A DNA stretch of 64,000 bases from Alphaproteobacteria bacterium (GCA_963422645.2 CAXXVO010000008.1:32001-96000), one strand, 5' to 3'. Counted from the first letter of the stretch, positions 45,449 to 61,268 are shown. Notes: generated by a model from the letters alone, not told the origin. Numbers and translations are program-made.

Positions 45449-47020
45449 TCAGCAGGTCTTCCAGTCCTTCGCGGCCTCCAGGGCTGCAGCCACCTGGAGC
45501 ACCTTCGCATCCTCGAAGTGGCGGCCGACGATCATGCAGCCGATGGGCAGGTCGTCGGAGCGCCCGCACGGCACCGAGATGGCCGGGTGCCCGGTCACGT
45601 CGAACTGGCAGGTGTTGTGGATCATGTCGAGCGTGCGGAGGATACGCTCCTTGAGCGGCGCGTCGTTGCCGGGGATCGGCGTCGGCAGGATCGCCGTGGT
45701 GGGCATCACCAGCACGTCGCAGGATTCCAGCAGGTCGTCGTAGCTCTGCACGATCTGGCCCCGGATGTTCTGCGCCTTCGCGTAGTAGCGGTTGTAGTAC
45801 TCCGACTGCATGTATTCGCCGAAGAGCAGCACGTACTTCACCATCACGCCCATGTCGTTGGGCCTGGCGCGCGCGGCCTTCGCCACGTTGTCGAGCAGCT
45901 GGGTGTTGTAGAAGCCGCGCCAGTTGGTGCCGGTGTTGTTGCCTTTCAGCATGACCGCCTGCGCGCCTTCGGTGCACATCGGCACCCAGACGTGATAGGC
46001 GTCCTCGTGGCGCGGGTTGGAGACTTCGGTCACCTCGGCGCCTTCGCCGGCAAGGCGGTCGACGGCGGCACGGACGCTATCCGAGACCACCTTGTCGCCC
46101 GGCGGGAGCCCGGTATCGCCCCAGGTCTCCTCACCGGCACCTTGGTCGAAGCCTTCCTTCAACACGCCGATCTTGATGCCCTTGCAGCCCGCATCGAGGC
46201 CGGTGACGTAATTCGTGTCCAGCCCCGCCGGGATCATGCCCCGCTGGCGCGGGTCCAGAGGGTCTTCGCCGGCGATCGCGGTGAGCATGCGGGCGGCATT
46301 CTCCACCGTGTCGGCCATGGGGCCGAGGTGGTCCATGGTCATCTCGATCATCATGGCGCCGGTGTAAGGCACGAGGCCGTAGGTGGGCTTGAGCCCGACA
46401 ATGCCGCTCCAGCTTGCCGGGATACGGATCGAGCCACCCTGGTCGCCGCCGATGGACACATCGATATCGCCGGCCGCGACCGCAGCGCCGTTGCCGTTGG
46501 AGGACGCGCCGGTCGAATGGGTCGGCTTGTGCGGATTGCGCACGGGCCCGTAGGCTGAGGTATGGCTGCCGCCGGAGAACGAGCAGTCCTCGCTATTGGT
46601 CTTGCCGAGGATGGTCCCCCCGGCATCGAGCACGCGCGTCACCACGGTGGCGTCGATATCGGGGATGTAGCCCTCCATCCCCTTGGCGCCGTTGATCATG
46701 GGGAAGCCCGCGACGCAGATCGCATCCTTGATGCCGACCCGCTTGCCGGCGAGTACGCCTTCGCCTGAGCCCTTGATCTCGCCCTTCACGAACCAGGCGT
46801 TGTAGGGGTCCTCCTCAGGCCCCGGCCGGTAGGAACCAGCGCGCGGATATTTCACCGGCGGCTTGGTTTCCTGCATCGTGTCGAGGCGGCGGTAGCTCTG
46901 CAGCGTGCCCGCCATCATTTCGCTGTAGAGGGCGGCGTCCGCATCGCTCATGGTGAAGCCGAACGACTCGGCCAACTCCTGGACCTTGTTGGCGCTCGGC
47001 GCTACTGGACCTGTCGGCAT
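45449..47020 (-). CDS. Amidase (amidase-signature family)
   Basis: Lys-cisSer-Ser triad contexts GIKDAI, GASSNG and GGDQGGSIRIPAS; GLKPTYG. Confidence 0.93.
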   Translation of the reverse strand: MPTGPVAPSANKVQELAESFGFTMSDADAALYSEMMAGTLQSYRRLDTMQETKPPVKYPRAGSYRPGPEEDPYNAWFVKGEIKGSGEGVLAGKRVGIKDAICVAGFPMINGAKGMEGYIPDIDATVVTRVLDAGGTILGKTNSEDCSFSGGSHTSAYGPVRNPHKPTHSTGASSNGNGAAVAAGDIDVSIGGDQGGSIRIPASWSGIVGLKPTYGLVPYTGAMMIEMTMDHLGPMADTVENAARMLTAIAGEDPLDPRQRGMIPAGLDTNYVTGLDAGCKGIKIGVLKEGFDQGAGEETWGDTGLPPGDKVVSDSVRAAVDRLAGEGAEVTEVSNPRHEDAYHVWVPMCTEGAQAVMLKGNNTGTNWRGFYNTQLLDNVAKAARARPNDMGVMVKYVLLFGEYMQSEYYNRYYAKAQNIRGQIVQSYDDLLESCDVLVMPTTAILPTPIPGNDAPLKERILRTLDMIHNTCQFDVTGHPAISVPCGRSDDLPIGCMIVGRHFEDAKVLQVAAALEAAKDWKTC

Positions 47021-47081
47021 TCTGCTCTCCCTTGCTTCCCGAGGCCGCCGGGCAATGCCCGAACGGCGCGTCGCATTCTAG

Positions 47082-49055
47082 CCTGAACTTCCGGAGCGGA
47101 TATTGAGCTAAGCCATTGCGGTTGCTTTGGAAAGCACCGTTTCGCGGAGTCGCGTACTGGGTACGCTACAGGCTGACGCCGAGCAGGTCGAGCGCCTGGC
47201 GCTGCAGCTTCGTCGGTTTGGTGACCAGGTCGAAGGGCGGTGCTCCGGGCAGTTTCGGCTGAACTCTGTTCCTGGCGATGGTCGCCAGGTCTTCGAGGAG
47301 GGTGCGGAAGCTATGCACCGGCACGCCGTCTGGTGTGCGCTTGGCGGCGGCCTTGCGCCGGGCCGAAGGCGAGGGCTTTGCCGGTGCGACGATGGAGGCG
47401 CGCGCGGCGTCCGCGCCCGCCGGGTCGTCCTCGTCGAACAGGATGGGGGCGAGCCTTTGGCGCATGTGCCACTCGACATGGTAGGCGAGCATGCACAGCA
47501 GGACGTGGGCGCGCACGCGCTCAGGCCGATAGTGGTGGATGGGCCGCACCTTGAGGTCGACCGTCTTGACGCTTCGGAAGGCGCGCTCGATGCGGCTCAA
47601 TCCCTTGTAGGCGCGCACCGTGTCCTCGGCCCCGAGCTCGCGCTCGGACAGGCTGGTGCGGATGACGTAGAGGCCATCGAGCGCCGCCTCTTCGGCGATC
47701 CGCTCTGCGTTGCGCCGCCAGGCGAAGCCGTCATCGGCGATCTCCAGGTCGAAGTGCTTTCCGACCTTGTGCTTGCCGATGACCTTGCCCACGCGCAGCC
47801 CGATCTTGTCCTTGCCGGCGAGACGGCGCTTGTCGCGCCGGGTTGCCGCACGGATCGCGTCGAGATCGCTCTCGGTGGCCTGGAGCAGGGCCTCGCGCTT
47901 GCGCGCGCGCTCTTCGGCGAGCAGCGGGTTGCGGCAGGCGATCAGGCGCTCGCCGGGGAAGTCGGGATGATGGATCTCGGCCAGGGCGCGCTCGTCGAAG
48001 AGCGAGAGCTGCAGCGTCCCGCCGGAGGCCAGCTCGCGGATCGCCGGCGCCCGCAGCGCGCTGATCCACTCCAGCCCGGCCGGCTTCACCTCCTCGCGGA
48101 TGCGCGCCTCGGTGAGCATGCCGCGATCGCCCACGAGAACGACCCGCGAAAGCCGGAAGCGCCGGCGCAGCTTGTCGATCTGCGTGCCCAGTGTGGCCGG
48201 ATCGGCGGTGTTGCCCTCGAACACCTCCACCGCCACCGGGCAGCCCTGCGCGTTGCACAGAAGCCCGAACACGATCTGCAGCTTGCCGCGCTTGCCGTCG
48301 CGGGAGTAGCCGTGACGCGCCAGCGGACAGCAGCGCCCCTCCAGCCAGGTCGAAGTGACGTCGTAGAGCACCAGCGCGCCGTCCTCGAGATGACGCTCGG
48401 CCAGACCCCGCTCGATCCTGGGCTGGCGCTGCAGTAGCCAGTCCATCGCCTCGTAGAGCTCGTCTTCGCCGACCTCGCCCAGGGCGAGCGCCTCGCCGAG
48501 GCCGTGGCCAAGCGTGTCCTCGCTGAGCCCGCGCGCGGTGGCGAGCTTCGAGCGCGGCGCCACGATGCGGGCGACGATCATGGCCACCACGAGATCGCGC
48601 AGCCGCGAGCGCCTGGCGCCGATCAGCCGTTCCAGACCGAGGCCGCGCAGGGCGCCGAGCACCGCTGCCACATGGCCGAAGGGACGCGAGCGGGTGATGT
48701 CGAAGCCGTCGTGCTCGCGGATCGTCTCGCCTCGGGGCACTGCGGTTCCGCCGCGCAGCAGGATGCGCAGACCGTCGATCAGGTGCGGCGGCCACTTGGA
48801 CAGATTGGCCAGGGTGCGTTTTCTGATTTTTCCGCCCGCGCGCCATGATTCGCGCAGGAGGATTGCGGGCGGGGAGTTCCGGTTTGGGACGCTCTCGATA
48901 TACATGGGGACGGAACATAGCCCACCTCCCGCCTCATATCAACCACCTCTCTCCATTTACATGGGTACACTTTGCATCTGCGCCGAAGGCCGATACGCCC
49001 GTAAGATCAACGGCTTAGCCCCGAAAATCAGCCCATTTCCGGGGGGAAGTTCGGT
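47082..49055 (-). mobile_element. IS1634-family insertion sequence
   Basis: Flanked by CTAG direct repeats (47078-47081 and 49056-49059); imperfect inverted repeats CCTGAACTTCC and GGAAGTTCGGT. Confidence 0.88.
47166..48905 (-). CDS. IS1634-family transposase, apparently intact
   Basis: MYIESVPNRNSPPAILLRES, LYDVTSTW, GYSRDG, VGDRGM and YKGLSRIERAFR. Confidence 0.93.
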   Translation of the reverse strand: MYIESVPNRNSPPAILLRESWRAGGKIRKRTLANLSKWPPHLIDGLRILLRGGTAVPRGETIREHDGFDITRSRPFGHVAAVLGALRGLGLERLIGARRSRLRDLVVAMIVARIVAPRSKLATARGLSEDTLGHGLGEALALGEVGEDELYEAMDWLLQRQPRIERGLAERHLEDGALVLYDVTSTWLEGRCCPLARHGYSRDGKRGKLQIVFGLLCNAQGCPVAVEVFEGNTADPATLGTQIDKLRRRFRLSRVVLVGDRGMLTEARIREEVKPAGLEWISALRAPAIRELASGGTLQLSLFDERALAEIHHPDFPGERLIACRNPLLAEERARKREALLQATESDLDAIRAATRRDKRRLAGKDKIGLRVGKVIGKHKVGKHFDLEIADDGFAWRRNAERIAEEAALDGLYVIRTSLSERELGAEDTVRAYKGLSRIERAFRSVKTVDLKVRPIHHYRPERVRAHVLLCMLAYHVEWHMRQRLAPILFDEDDPAGADAARASIVAPAKPSPSARRKAAAKRTPDGVPVHSFRTLLEDLATIARNRVQPKLPGAPPFDLVTKPTKLQRQALDLLGVSL

Positions 49056-49173
49056 CTAGCCTGGACCTTTCTTCAGGGTCATGGCTCGGCGGGCATGGCG
49101 CAACACCCGGTATACATGGCGGAGGGCTGCTTTCGCTTGCCCACCGGAAGAATCGGGATAATGTTGCCGCGCC

Positions 49174-49935
49174 GTGACACCAAATCCTTCCATCCGAGTC
49201 GTTAAGCGGGCCTGCGCGCGGTCCCTTCTCTTCCTCGTTGCAGCCCTTCTGTCGGCGGCCGCGGGGCACGGGCCAGTCATGGCGGCCGACCTGCTGGCCG
49301 AGGGAGCCGCGGCCTATGAGGCGGGCAGCTACGGCGAGGCAGCCTCGATCTGGCGCCCGCTCGCCGAAGAGGGCGACCCCAAGGCGCAGTTCAATCTGGG
49401 ACTCCTCCACGAGACCGGCCGCGGCGTAGCTGACGACCCGGCCGAGGCCTCGGCGTGGTACGAACGGGCCGCCCGGCAGGGCGTGACCCAGGCGCAGCTC
49501 AATCTGGCATCGCTCCACCAGACCGGGCGCGGCGTCGCGCAGGACCCGGAGGAAGCGCTCTACTGGCTGGAAGTCGCGGCGCGGCTCGGCGAAGGCGCGG
49601 CGCGAGAGCAGGCGGCGGCCGCCGCCGCCGATTTGGCGCCCTTACTGGAGGACGGTGAGGCCCAAGCCGCCCAGTCCCGCGCGAGTGCCTTCGCGCCACG
49701 CCTGGAGGAACCTTCGATCCAGCGGGCAGCGGTCACTCTCATTCTCTCCGAGCGCCAAGTCGAGGACTTGCAGAGGCGGCTCGCGGCGCACGGTTACGAC
49801 CCTGGTCCGGCGGACGGCATTCCTGGCGAGATGACGAGAAACGCCGCACGCCGCTATCTCGCCGACCGCGGCCTCGAATGGCCCGAGGGCGAACTCCTGA
49901 CCCAGCGTCTTCTGGATCTCGTCGTCGAACCCTAG
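49174..49935 (+). CDS. Secreted Sel1-repeat protein with C-terminal peptidoglycan-binding domain
   Basis: Signal peptide; Sel1 repeats AQFNLGLLHETGRGV and AQLNLASLHQTGRGV; LQRRLAAHGYDPGPADG. Confidence 0.85.
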   Translation: MTPNPSIRVVKRACARSLLFLVAALLSAAAGHGPVMAADLLAEGAAAYEAGSYGEAASIWRPLAEEGDPKAQFNLGLLHETGRGVADDPAEASAWYERAARQGVTQAQLNLASLHQTGRGVAQDPEEALYWLEVAARLGEGAAREQAAAAAADLAPLLEDGEAQAAQSRASAFAPRLEEPSIQRAAVTLILSERQVEDLQRRLAAHGYDPGPADGIPGEMTRNAARRYLADRGLEWPEGELLTQRLLDLVVEP

Positions 49936-49965
49936 CTCAGAGTTCGTGCGATCGTCGCGGGCACG

Positions 49966-50910
49966 CTATACCGCGCGCGGACCACGCCGGGTCACCAGAA
50001 AGAGACCTGCGAAGAGCAGCGCCAGTGCGCCCCAGATGTAGACGCTGTGACTCTCTCCCAGGATCAGGATGCCCCAACCAATCCCCGCCAGGGTGGCGAC
50101 ATAGTTCTGGGTTGAGAAGAAGACCGGCCCGGCGCGCCTGACGATCTCCAACAGCAGATAGAAGAACGCGGCGTTGATCAGGATGGCGCCGATCTGCGCC
50201 CAGTCGCTGTCGCTCATCGGGCCTGAGAAGAACCACCACTGCCCGCTCCCCGCCATGAAGGGCAAGACCATGATCGACGAGGCAAAGAGCAGCCCGCTTC
50301 CCATCGTGAGCGAATCGCTCCCGGCCGGCGCCAGGCGAGCGGCGGCGATCGTTCCGGAGGCGTAGCTGACCGGGACCAGCAGGCTGAGCAGCACCCAGCC
50401 GGCCATGTTGGATTGGGGCAGACTCGTCTCCGGCAGGACCACCAACAGAACGCCCGCAAGCCCGAGCGAGATTCCGCCGATCCGGAGCCAACGAAAACGA
50501 TCCATCGCGAGCGCCAGCGCCAGGATATAGGTGATCGTCGGGCTGAGCGTCCCGCCCAGGCTGATCACCCCGGCCGGCAGCTTGGGGGCGATAAAGGCCA
50601 GGAGAACGAACGGAAAGGCGAGAGTGAAGAAGCCGATCACGAAATAGGCCCTGACATAGGGCCAACTCAAGCGCGGGCGCCGGCGAAGCACACCGGCAAA
50701 CAGCAACAGAACGAGGCCCGCGCCGAGCGTCTGCCAAAAGACGTAGGCGAAGAAGGGGATGCCCCCGGTGACGGCGATCTTGTTGGCCGAGAAGATCAGC
50801 CCGAATATGCCGCCGCAGACGATGAGCAGGGCGAACGAAACGAGACGGTGTCGAAGCGGCGGCGGTGGTTCTTGCACGGTCGTCGCTTCTCTGGGCGCCA
50901 CGTCGCTCAC
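49966..50910 (-). CDS. DMT/EamA-family transporter
   Basis: About ten hydrophobic segments in two repeats; GILILGE and RAGPVFFS. Confidence 0.88.
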   Translation of the reverse strand: MSDVAPREATTVQEPPPPLRHRLVSFALLIVCGGIFGLIFSANKIAVTGGIPFFAYVFWQTLGAGLVLLLFAGVLRRRPRLSWPYVRAYFVIGFFTLAFPFVLLAFIAPKLPAGVISLGGTLSPTITYILALALAMDRFRWLRIGGISLGLAGVLLVVLPETSLPQSNMAGWVLLSLLVPVSYASGTIAAARLAPAGSDSLTMGSGLLFASSIMVLPFMAGSGQWWFFSGPMSDSDWAQIGAILINAAFFYLLLEIVRRAGPVFFSTQNYVATLAGIGWGILILGESHSVYIWGALALLFAGLFLVTRRGPRAV

Positions 50911-51084
50911 CCTGCCGTTGCCCAGGCACCGTAGCACGCGTCAGCACAGCGTCCCGAGCGGCAGCCGGCGCCGCCATGGTCGGATGAGTTATGTAATCAG
51001 TTCACCGAGTTGCGCGAGACTTGGAATGGATTCGCGAAATTCCGTGTCGCGTCACGGCTTCGGTCGCGCCGAAAGGGCCGCAGC

Positions 51085-53067
<1,983 letters not shown>

Positions 53068-53228
53068 GCGGCTCGTTCCTTTCCGGACCTTGGGATCGGG
53101 CGGGCACCGCTTGGGCTCGCACACGCGCTGGACCCAGCGGACGATTCGGGGCGCACTTGCGCCCTTCGCGCCCGATTCGGGAGATGTGGGGTCGGGAGCC
53201 TCCGGGTCAAGTCACCCCTTCGCCAACC

Positions 53229-53257
53229 AGTCTGAAAAACCCGTGGGCGGGTGTCAA
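53229..53257 (-). promoter_or_regulatory. Putative sigma70 promoter for rpoD
   Basis: Minus strand TTGACA-N17-CAGACT. Confidence 0.45.
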
Positions 53258-53306
53258 GCAAACCTTGACTGACGACATAGCAGGGTCGATGGAGCCGTGC
53301 GTACCG

Positions 53307-55133
53307 CTACGCCCTGCTTGCCCTGGGCGCTGCGCCCAAGTCGGGTATGTCCGTCTCCGCCTTCGCATTCTCCTGCAGGCGCAGAATACGTTCACGGGTG
53401 TGCTGCCACGTCTCTTCGTCGGTGTGGGCCCCTTCGGCTTCGGCCCGCGCCGCCTGCTCTTCGAGGCGTTGGTGCTGTCTCTTCAGGGCGTCCACGAACA
53501 AGTCACGGGCGTGGTCGATGCTGGCTGGCCTATCCAGAAAATGGGCGCCCTGCCCCGCCAGCTCTTCGACCACGTTGTCCAGACCCTGCTCTGCGAGGGC
53601 CGAACGAAGGCTCGCGCTCTCCGGCTCCGGCCCCGACTCGGCCCAGTCGATCAGCGCGGCGACGGCGGCGGCGAAACGAGGCGTTTCCAGGTGGAGCCCG
53701 GCCAGCGCCTCGTGCTGCTCCACCGCCAGCGCGGGAAAGCCGAGCAGGATCTGAAGCAGCGCGCGCTCGCGGGGCTGCGCCGTGCCGTGCCCCTCGGGGC
53801 CGAGCGCCTCACCCCGCCGCACCGGCGCCTCGGGCGTCGCGGACGATGGTGCGCCGCCCGGCCGCCGCCCTTGCCACGGCAGTCGCAGGCGCTGCCGAAA
53901 ATCCTCCATATAGCGGAAGCCGAGGTCGCGGTCGGGGATGCGCGCGACCTGGTCCTGCAGGTGCTTGTGGGCCCGTGCGCGCGCCTCGGGCGTGTCGAGC
54001 GTGCGGCCGCCCAACGCCAGTTTCCAGAGCTGGTCGGAGAGCGGGATCGCGGCGTCGACGACATCGGCCATCGCCCGGGGGCCTCGATCGCGCACCATCG
54101 TGTCAGGGTCCTGGCCCGCTGGGAGCGTCGCGAAACGTAGTGAGCGCTTCGCGCTGAGCCCGGGCAATGCCCGCTCGACAGCACGTGCGGCGGCACGGAC
54201 ACCTGCTTCGTCGCCGTCGAAGCAAAGCACCGGATCCTCCCCGAGCCGCCAGAGCGCCTCCAGCTGCTGTTCAGTCAGCGCGGTGCCGAGCGGCGCCACC
54301 GCCTCGGCGATGCCCGCCTGGTGCAACGCGATCACGTCCATGTAGCCCTCGACCGCGATGACGCGGCCGGCCTTGCGGGCGGCAGGCGCGGCGAGGTGCT
54401 GACCGTAGAGCAGGCTGCCTTTGGCGAAGAGCGGTGTTTCCGGCGAGTTGAGATATTTCGGCTGGCGCTCGCCCAGCGCCCGGCCGCCGAAGGCGACGAC
54501 CCGGCCGCGCCGGTCGCAAATGGGAAAGATCACCCGGCCCCGGAAGCGGTCGTAGGGCGCGCCGCCATCCTCCGGCGCGATCACGAGGCCGGCTTCCATC
54601 GTCGTCGCCTGGGTGACTCCCTCCCCTTCCAGCTTGGTGCGGAGCGCCGTGCGGCTGTCGGGCGCGAAGCCCAGGCGGAACGTGGCACGGGTTTCCTCAT
54701 CGACGCCACGCGCGTCCAGGTAGCGGCGTGCCGCCGCGCCGCGCGGCCCCGCGAGCTCGGCTTCGAACCAGGCGGCAGCAGCCTCGGTAACGCTGTAGAG
54801 CGAGTGCCGCTCCTTCTCCCGTGCCTGGGCGCGCGGGTCGCGCGCGGGAAGTGCCAGGCCCGCATCGCCCGCCAACCGCTCGACCGCCTCCGGGAACGGA
54901 AGGCCCTCGTCCCGCATGAGGAAGCCGATGACGTCGCCGTGGGCGCCGCAGCCGAAGCAGTGGAAGAAGCCCTTCTCCTCGTTCACCGTGAAGGAGGGCG
55001 TTTTCTCTTTGTGGAAGGGGCAGAGGCCGATCGATTCCCGCCCGCGGCGCACCAGCCGCACGCGCTTGGCGATCACGCCTTCCAGAGGAACGCGTGCGCG
55101 AATCTCGTCCAGAAATTGCGGTGGGAACGTCAT
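53307..55133 (-). CDS. dnaG: DNA primase
   Basis: Zinc finger CPFH...CFGC, KYLNSPET, EGYMD, FDGD and DPD. Confidence 0.97.
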   Translation of the reverse strand: MTFPPQFLDEIRARVPLEGVIAKRVRLVRRGRESIGLCPFHKEKTPSFTVNEEKGFFHCFGCGAHGDVIGFLMRDEGLPFPEAVERLAGDAGLALPARDPRAQAREKERHSLYSVTEAAAAWFEAELAGPRGAAARRYLDARGVDEETRATFRLGFAPDSRTALRTKLEGEGVTQATTMEAGLVIAPEDGGAPYDRFRGRVIFPICDRRGRVVAFGGRALGERQPKYLNSPETPLFAKGSLLYGQHLAAPAARKAGRVIAVEGYMDVIALHQAGIAEAVAPLGTALTEQQLEALWRLGEDPVLCFDGDEAGVRAAARAVERALPGLSAKRSLRFATLPAGQDPDTMVRDRGPRAMADVVDAAIPLSDQLWKLALGGRTLDTPEARARAHKHLQDQVARIPDRDLGFRYMEDFRQRLRLPWQGRRPGGAPSSATPEAPVRRGEALGPEGHGTAQPRERALLQILLGFPALAVEQHEALAGLHLETPRFAAAVAALIDWAESGPEPESASLRSALAEQGLDNVVEELAGQGAHFLDRPASIDHARDLFVDALKRQHQRLEEQAARAEAEGAHTDEETWQHTRERILRLQENAKAETDIPDLGAAPRASRA

Positions 55134-55254
55134 CCCCTCACGCCTGGCTGAGCGCTCATCATGACCCGGCTCGCGCCGCTTTCCCAGCCCTTGTAACTCT
55201 TACGGGGCGGGCCTCCCCCCGTCTGCCGGCGCTGCGGCGGCCGGCCCCGGAGGA

Positions 55255-55713
55255 TCAGCCGGAAGCGAGCAGCTCCCTCACCAGCCCGCTCGCCTTGGCG
55301 AAATCCATGCGGCCCGAATACTTTTGCTTCAGGCACGCCATCGTGCGGCCCATGTCCTTGATTGTGCACGCATTTAAGTCGCTCACGACGCTGCGCACGG
55401 CCGAGACCAGATCCTCGCCCTCGATCGCTGGCGGCATGAAACTCTGGATCACGACGATCTCCTCGGCCTCGCGCTCGGCGAGGTCGACCCGGCCGCCCCG
55501 TTCGTACTGCTCAATGCTCTCGCGCCGCTGGCGAATCATCGTCTGCAACAGGGCCAAGATTTGGCCGTCGTCCAGCTCGACGTTGCCCTTGCCGCGCTCG
55601 GCAATGTCGCGATCCTTGAGCGCCGCCAGGATCAGCCTGACGGTCGCCACCCGGCACTTCTCTCGCGCCTTCATTGCGCGTTTGAGCGCGTCCTCCAGCT
55701 GCGGTCGCAGCAT
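55255..55713 (-). CDS. GatB/YqeY domain protein
   Basis: RQRRESIEQY and KDMGRTM; conserved position beside dnaG and carA. Confidence 0.92.
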   Translation of the reverse strand: MLRPQLEDALKRAMKAREKCRVATVRLILAALKDRDIAERGKGNVELDDGQILALLQTMIRQRRESIEQYERGGRVDLAEREAEEIVVIQSFMPPAIEGEDLVSAVRSVVSDLNACTIKDMGRTMACLKQKYSGRMDFAKASGLVRELLASG

Positions 55714-55873
55714 GGGCAGTCTCCCGTCGCTTGGAACGGCACGGACTATAGAGGCCCGTCCCCGGCGATCAACGACGATTCGCCCTTGACAAGTATCTTG
55801 TGTCCCAACCAGACCTTCGGGCGACCGACTTGGGCACCCCAGGGGTCCACAATCGAGAAGTTGGGGGCGATGC

Positions 55874-55901
55874 TTGACCCCGGCATGGCCCCGACTACAC
55901 T
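55874..55901 (+). promoter_or_regulatory. Putative sigma70 promoter for carAB
   Basis: TTGACC-N16-TACACT followed by GCGCCC. Confidence 0.5.
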
Positions 55902-55962
55902 GCGCCCAGCTTTGATTCGGACGGGGCGGCGGGGACGCGCGGCCGGTCCGCAGGAACCCTCA

Positions 55963-57114
55963 ATGTCAGGGACTGGATCGCCTACCGCCACTGCGGCGCT
56001 TGCGCTCGCCGACGGAACGGTCTTTCGCGGCCGCGGCCTGGGCGCGCGGGGCGAAGCTGTGGGCGAAATCTGCTTCAACACCGCGATGAGCGGCTACCAG
56101 GAGATCCTGACCGACCCCTCCTACGCCGGGCAGATCATCACTTTCACTTTTCCCCATATCGGCAACGTCGGAACCAACGAGGACGACCTGGAATCGGGGA
56201 CACCGGCGGCGCTCGGGCTCGTGCTCCGCGCCGATGTCACCGAACCCTCGAACTGGCGCGCCGTGCAGCACCTCGAAGGCTGGCTGGAGCGGCGCGGCCT
56301 CATCGGCATCGCCGGCGTCGATACCAGGCGGCTGACCCGCCTGCTCCGCGCAGGCGGCGCGCAGGACGGCGCGCTCGTGCACACCTCCGAGTCCGAGGCC
56401 GTCGACGAAGCCGCGCTCATCGCCAAGGCGCGCGCCTGGCCGGGGCTGGAAGGCATGGACCTTGCCAAGGAGGTCTGCTGCCGCCAGGCCTACGGCTGGA
56501 CGGAGACCACCTGGGACCACGAGACCGGCGCCTACGGCACTCTCGCCACGCCGCGCCACCGCGTGGTCGCGGTCGATTATGGCGCCAAGCGGAACATCCT
56601 GCGCTCGCTTGCCTCCTCCGGGTGCGAGGTCACCGTCGTGCCCGCCACGGCAGATGCAGACACGATCCTCGCTCACGAGCCGGAGGGAATCTTTCTCTCG
56701 AACGGGCCGGGGGATCCCGCCGCGACTGGCGAATATGCGGTGCCGATCATCGAGGGGCTGATCGCGAGCGGGCTGCCGATCTTCGGCATCTGCCTCGGCC
56801 ATCAGCTGCTCGCGCTCGCGCTCGGCGCTGAGACCAAGAAGATGCCCTTCGGCCATCGCGGCGCCAACCACCCGGTCAAGGAGCTCAAGACCGGGCGGGT
56901 CGAGATCACGAGCCAGAACCACGGCTTCGAGGTCATGGCCGATTCGCTTCCTGCGGGCGTCACGGCCACCCACGTCTCCCTCTTCGACGGCACGCTGGAA
57001 GGGCTCGCCGTCGACGATCGGCCGATCTTCTCGGTCCAGTACCATCCGGAAGCGTCGCCCGGCCCGCAGGATGCCCAGCATCTCTTCGCCCGGTTCGTGG
57101 CACTGATGGGCTGA
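55963..57114 (+). CDS. carA: Carbamoyl-phosphate synthase small subunit
   Basis: [25 protein letters not shown] and QYHPE. Confidence 0.97.
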   Translation: MSGTGSPTATAALALADGTVFRGRGLGARGEAVGEICFNTAMSGYQEILTDPSYAGQIITFTFPHIGNVGTNEDDLESGTPAALGLVLRADVTEPSNWRAVQHLEGWLERRGLIGIAGVDTRRLTRLLRAGGAQDGALVHTSESEAVDEAALIAKARAWPGLEGMDLAKEVCCRQAYGWTETTWDHETGAYGTLATPRHRVVAVDYGAKRNILRSLASSGCEVTVVPATADADTILAHEPEGIFLSNGPGDPAATGEYAVPIIEGLIASGLPIFGICLGHQLLALALGAETKKMPFGHRGANHPVKELKTGRVEITSQNHGFEVMADSLPAGVTATHVSLFDGTLEGLAVDDRPIFSVQYHPEASPGPQDAQHLFARFVALMG

Positions 57115-57131
57115 GGGCAGGCGCACGCACG

Positions 57132-60398
<3,267 letters not shown>

Positions 60399-60471
60399 CG
60401 CCGGCAGCGGGGAATCATCGACAGGCTCGGGAGGGGACGCGCCCCGGATTCGGGCGCGCGGCGGTCCAGCG

Positions 60472-60942
60472 ATGGACAGACACTTAATTACGCCCGAGGG
60501 GCACAAGCACCTGAAGCAGGAGCTCAGCCGGCTCAAGGCGGAGCGACCCCGCATCGTGCGCGAGATCGCAGCCGCCCGTGAGCACGGCGACCTGTCGGAG
60601 AACGCCGAGTATCACGCCGCGAAGGACCGCCAGGGCCTCACCGAGGCGCGCATTCTGGAGCTGGAAGCAAAGCTCGGAGGCGCCGAGGTAATCGACACCA
60701 GCACGCTCTCCGGTGATCGCGTGCAGTTCGGTGCAACGGTTTCCATCGTCGACGAGGACACGGAAGCAGAGAGTACCTACCAGATCGTCGGCGCCGACGA
60801 GGCCGACGCGAGCGAGGGCCGGCTCTCTATCACCTCGCCGTTGGCGCGCGCGCTGGTCGGCAAGTCTGCCGGCGATTCCGTGGAGCTCGAGACCCCCGGC
60901 GGGCGCCACACCTACGAGATCACCGCCGTCTCCTACGGCTGA
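60472..60942 (+). CDS. greA: Transcription elongation factor GreA
   Basis: HGDLSENAEY and SITSPLARAL. Confidence 0.96.
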   Translation: MDRHLITPEGHKHLKQELSRLKAERPRIVREIAAAREHGDLSENAEYHAAKDRQGLTEARILELEAKLGGAEVIDTSTLSGDRVQFGATVSIVDEDTEAESTYQIVGADEADASEGRLSITSPLARALVGKSAGDSVELETPGGRHTYEITAVSYG

Positions 60943-61246
60943 GCCTTGCGGGTCCCCGCAAGCGGCGGAAGAAATCCATCTCGCCGATCATTTGCGGGAT
61001 GGTGAACGCGCGCAGGACGCCGTCGAACTTGAAGTGTGTGGTCGCCAGCGGTGTCGGCTCTTGCCCCCGCTGGAATTCGCACGACCAGACACTGTGACTG
61101 TCGTAGAGCGTGTGGTCCTGATAGCGACACTGCCTTTTGTCGTTTGTCACGAAGGCGTCGCCCAGGACCCAGCGATGCTGAAAAGGAAAGCGATAGAGCT
61201 CGTTTTGCACATCGAGCCCAACTTTCCAGTTCGCGCGCTCCTCCAC
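60920..61246 (-). CDS. Hypothetical protein or gene fragment
   Basis: Protein-like composition (rich in W/F/Y/D) up to ...GEMDFF, then it runs through the greA hairpin. It lies 22 bp downstream of dadA in the same orientation. Confidence 0.3.
   Translation of the reverse strand: MEERANWKVGLDVQNELYRFPFQHRWVLGDAFVTNDKRQCRYQDHTLYDSHSVWSCEFQRGQEPTPLATTHFKFDGVLRAFTIPQMIGEMDFFRRLRGPARLSRRRRR
60945..60962 (+). terminator. Hairpin immediately after greA
   Basis: CTTGCGGG-TC-CCCGCAAG. Confidence 0.4.
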
Positions 61247-61268
61247 GCGGTAGGTCTGTACCCTCGGC

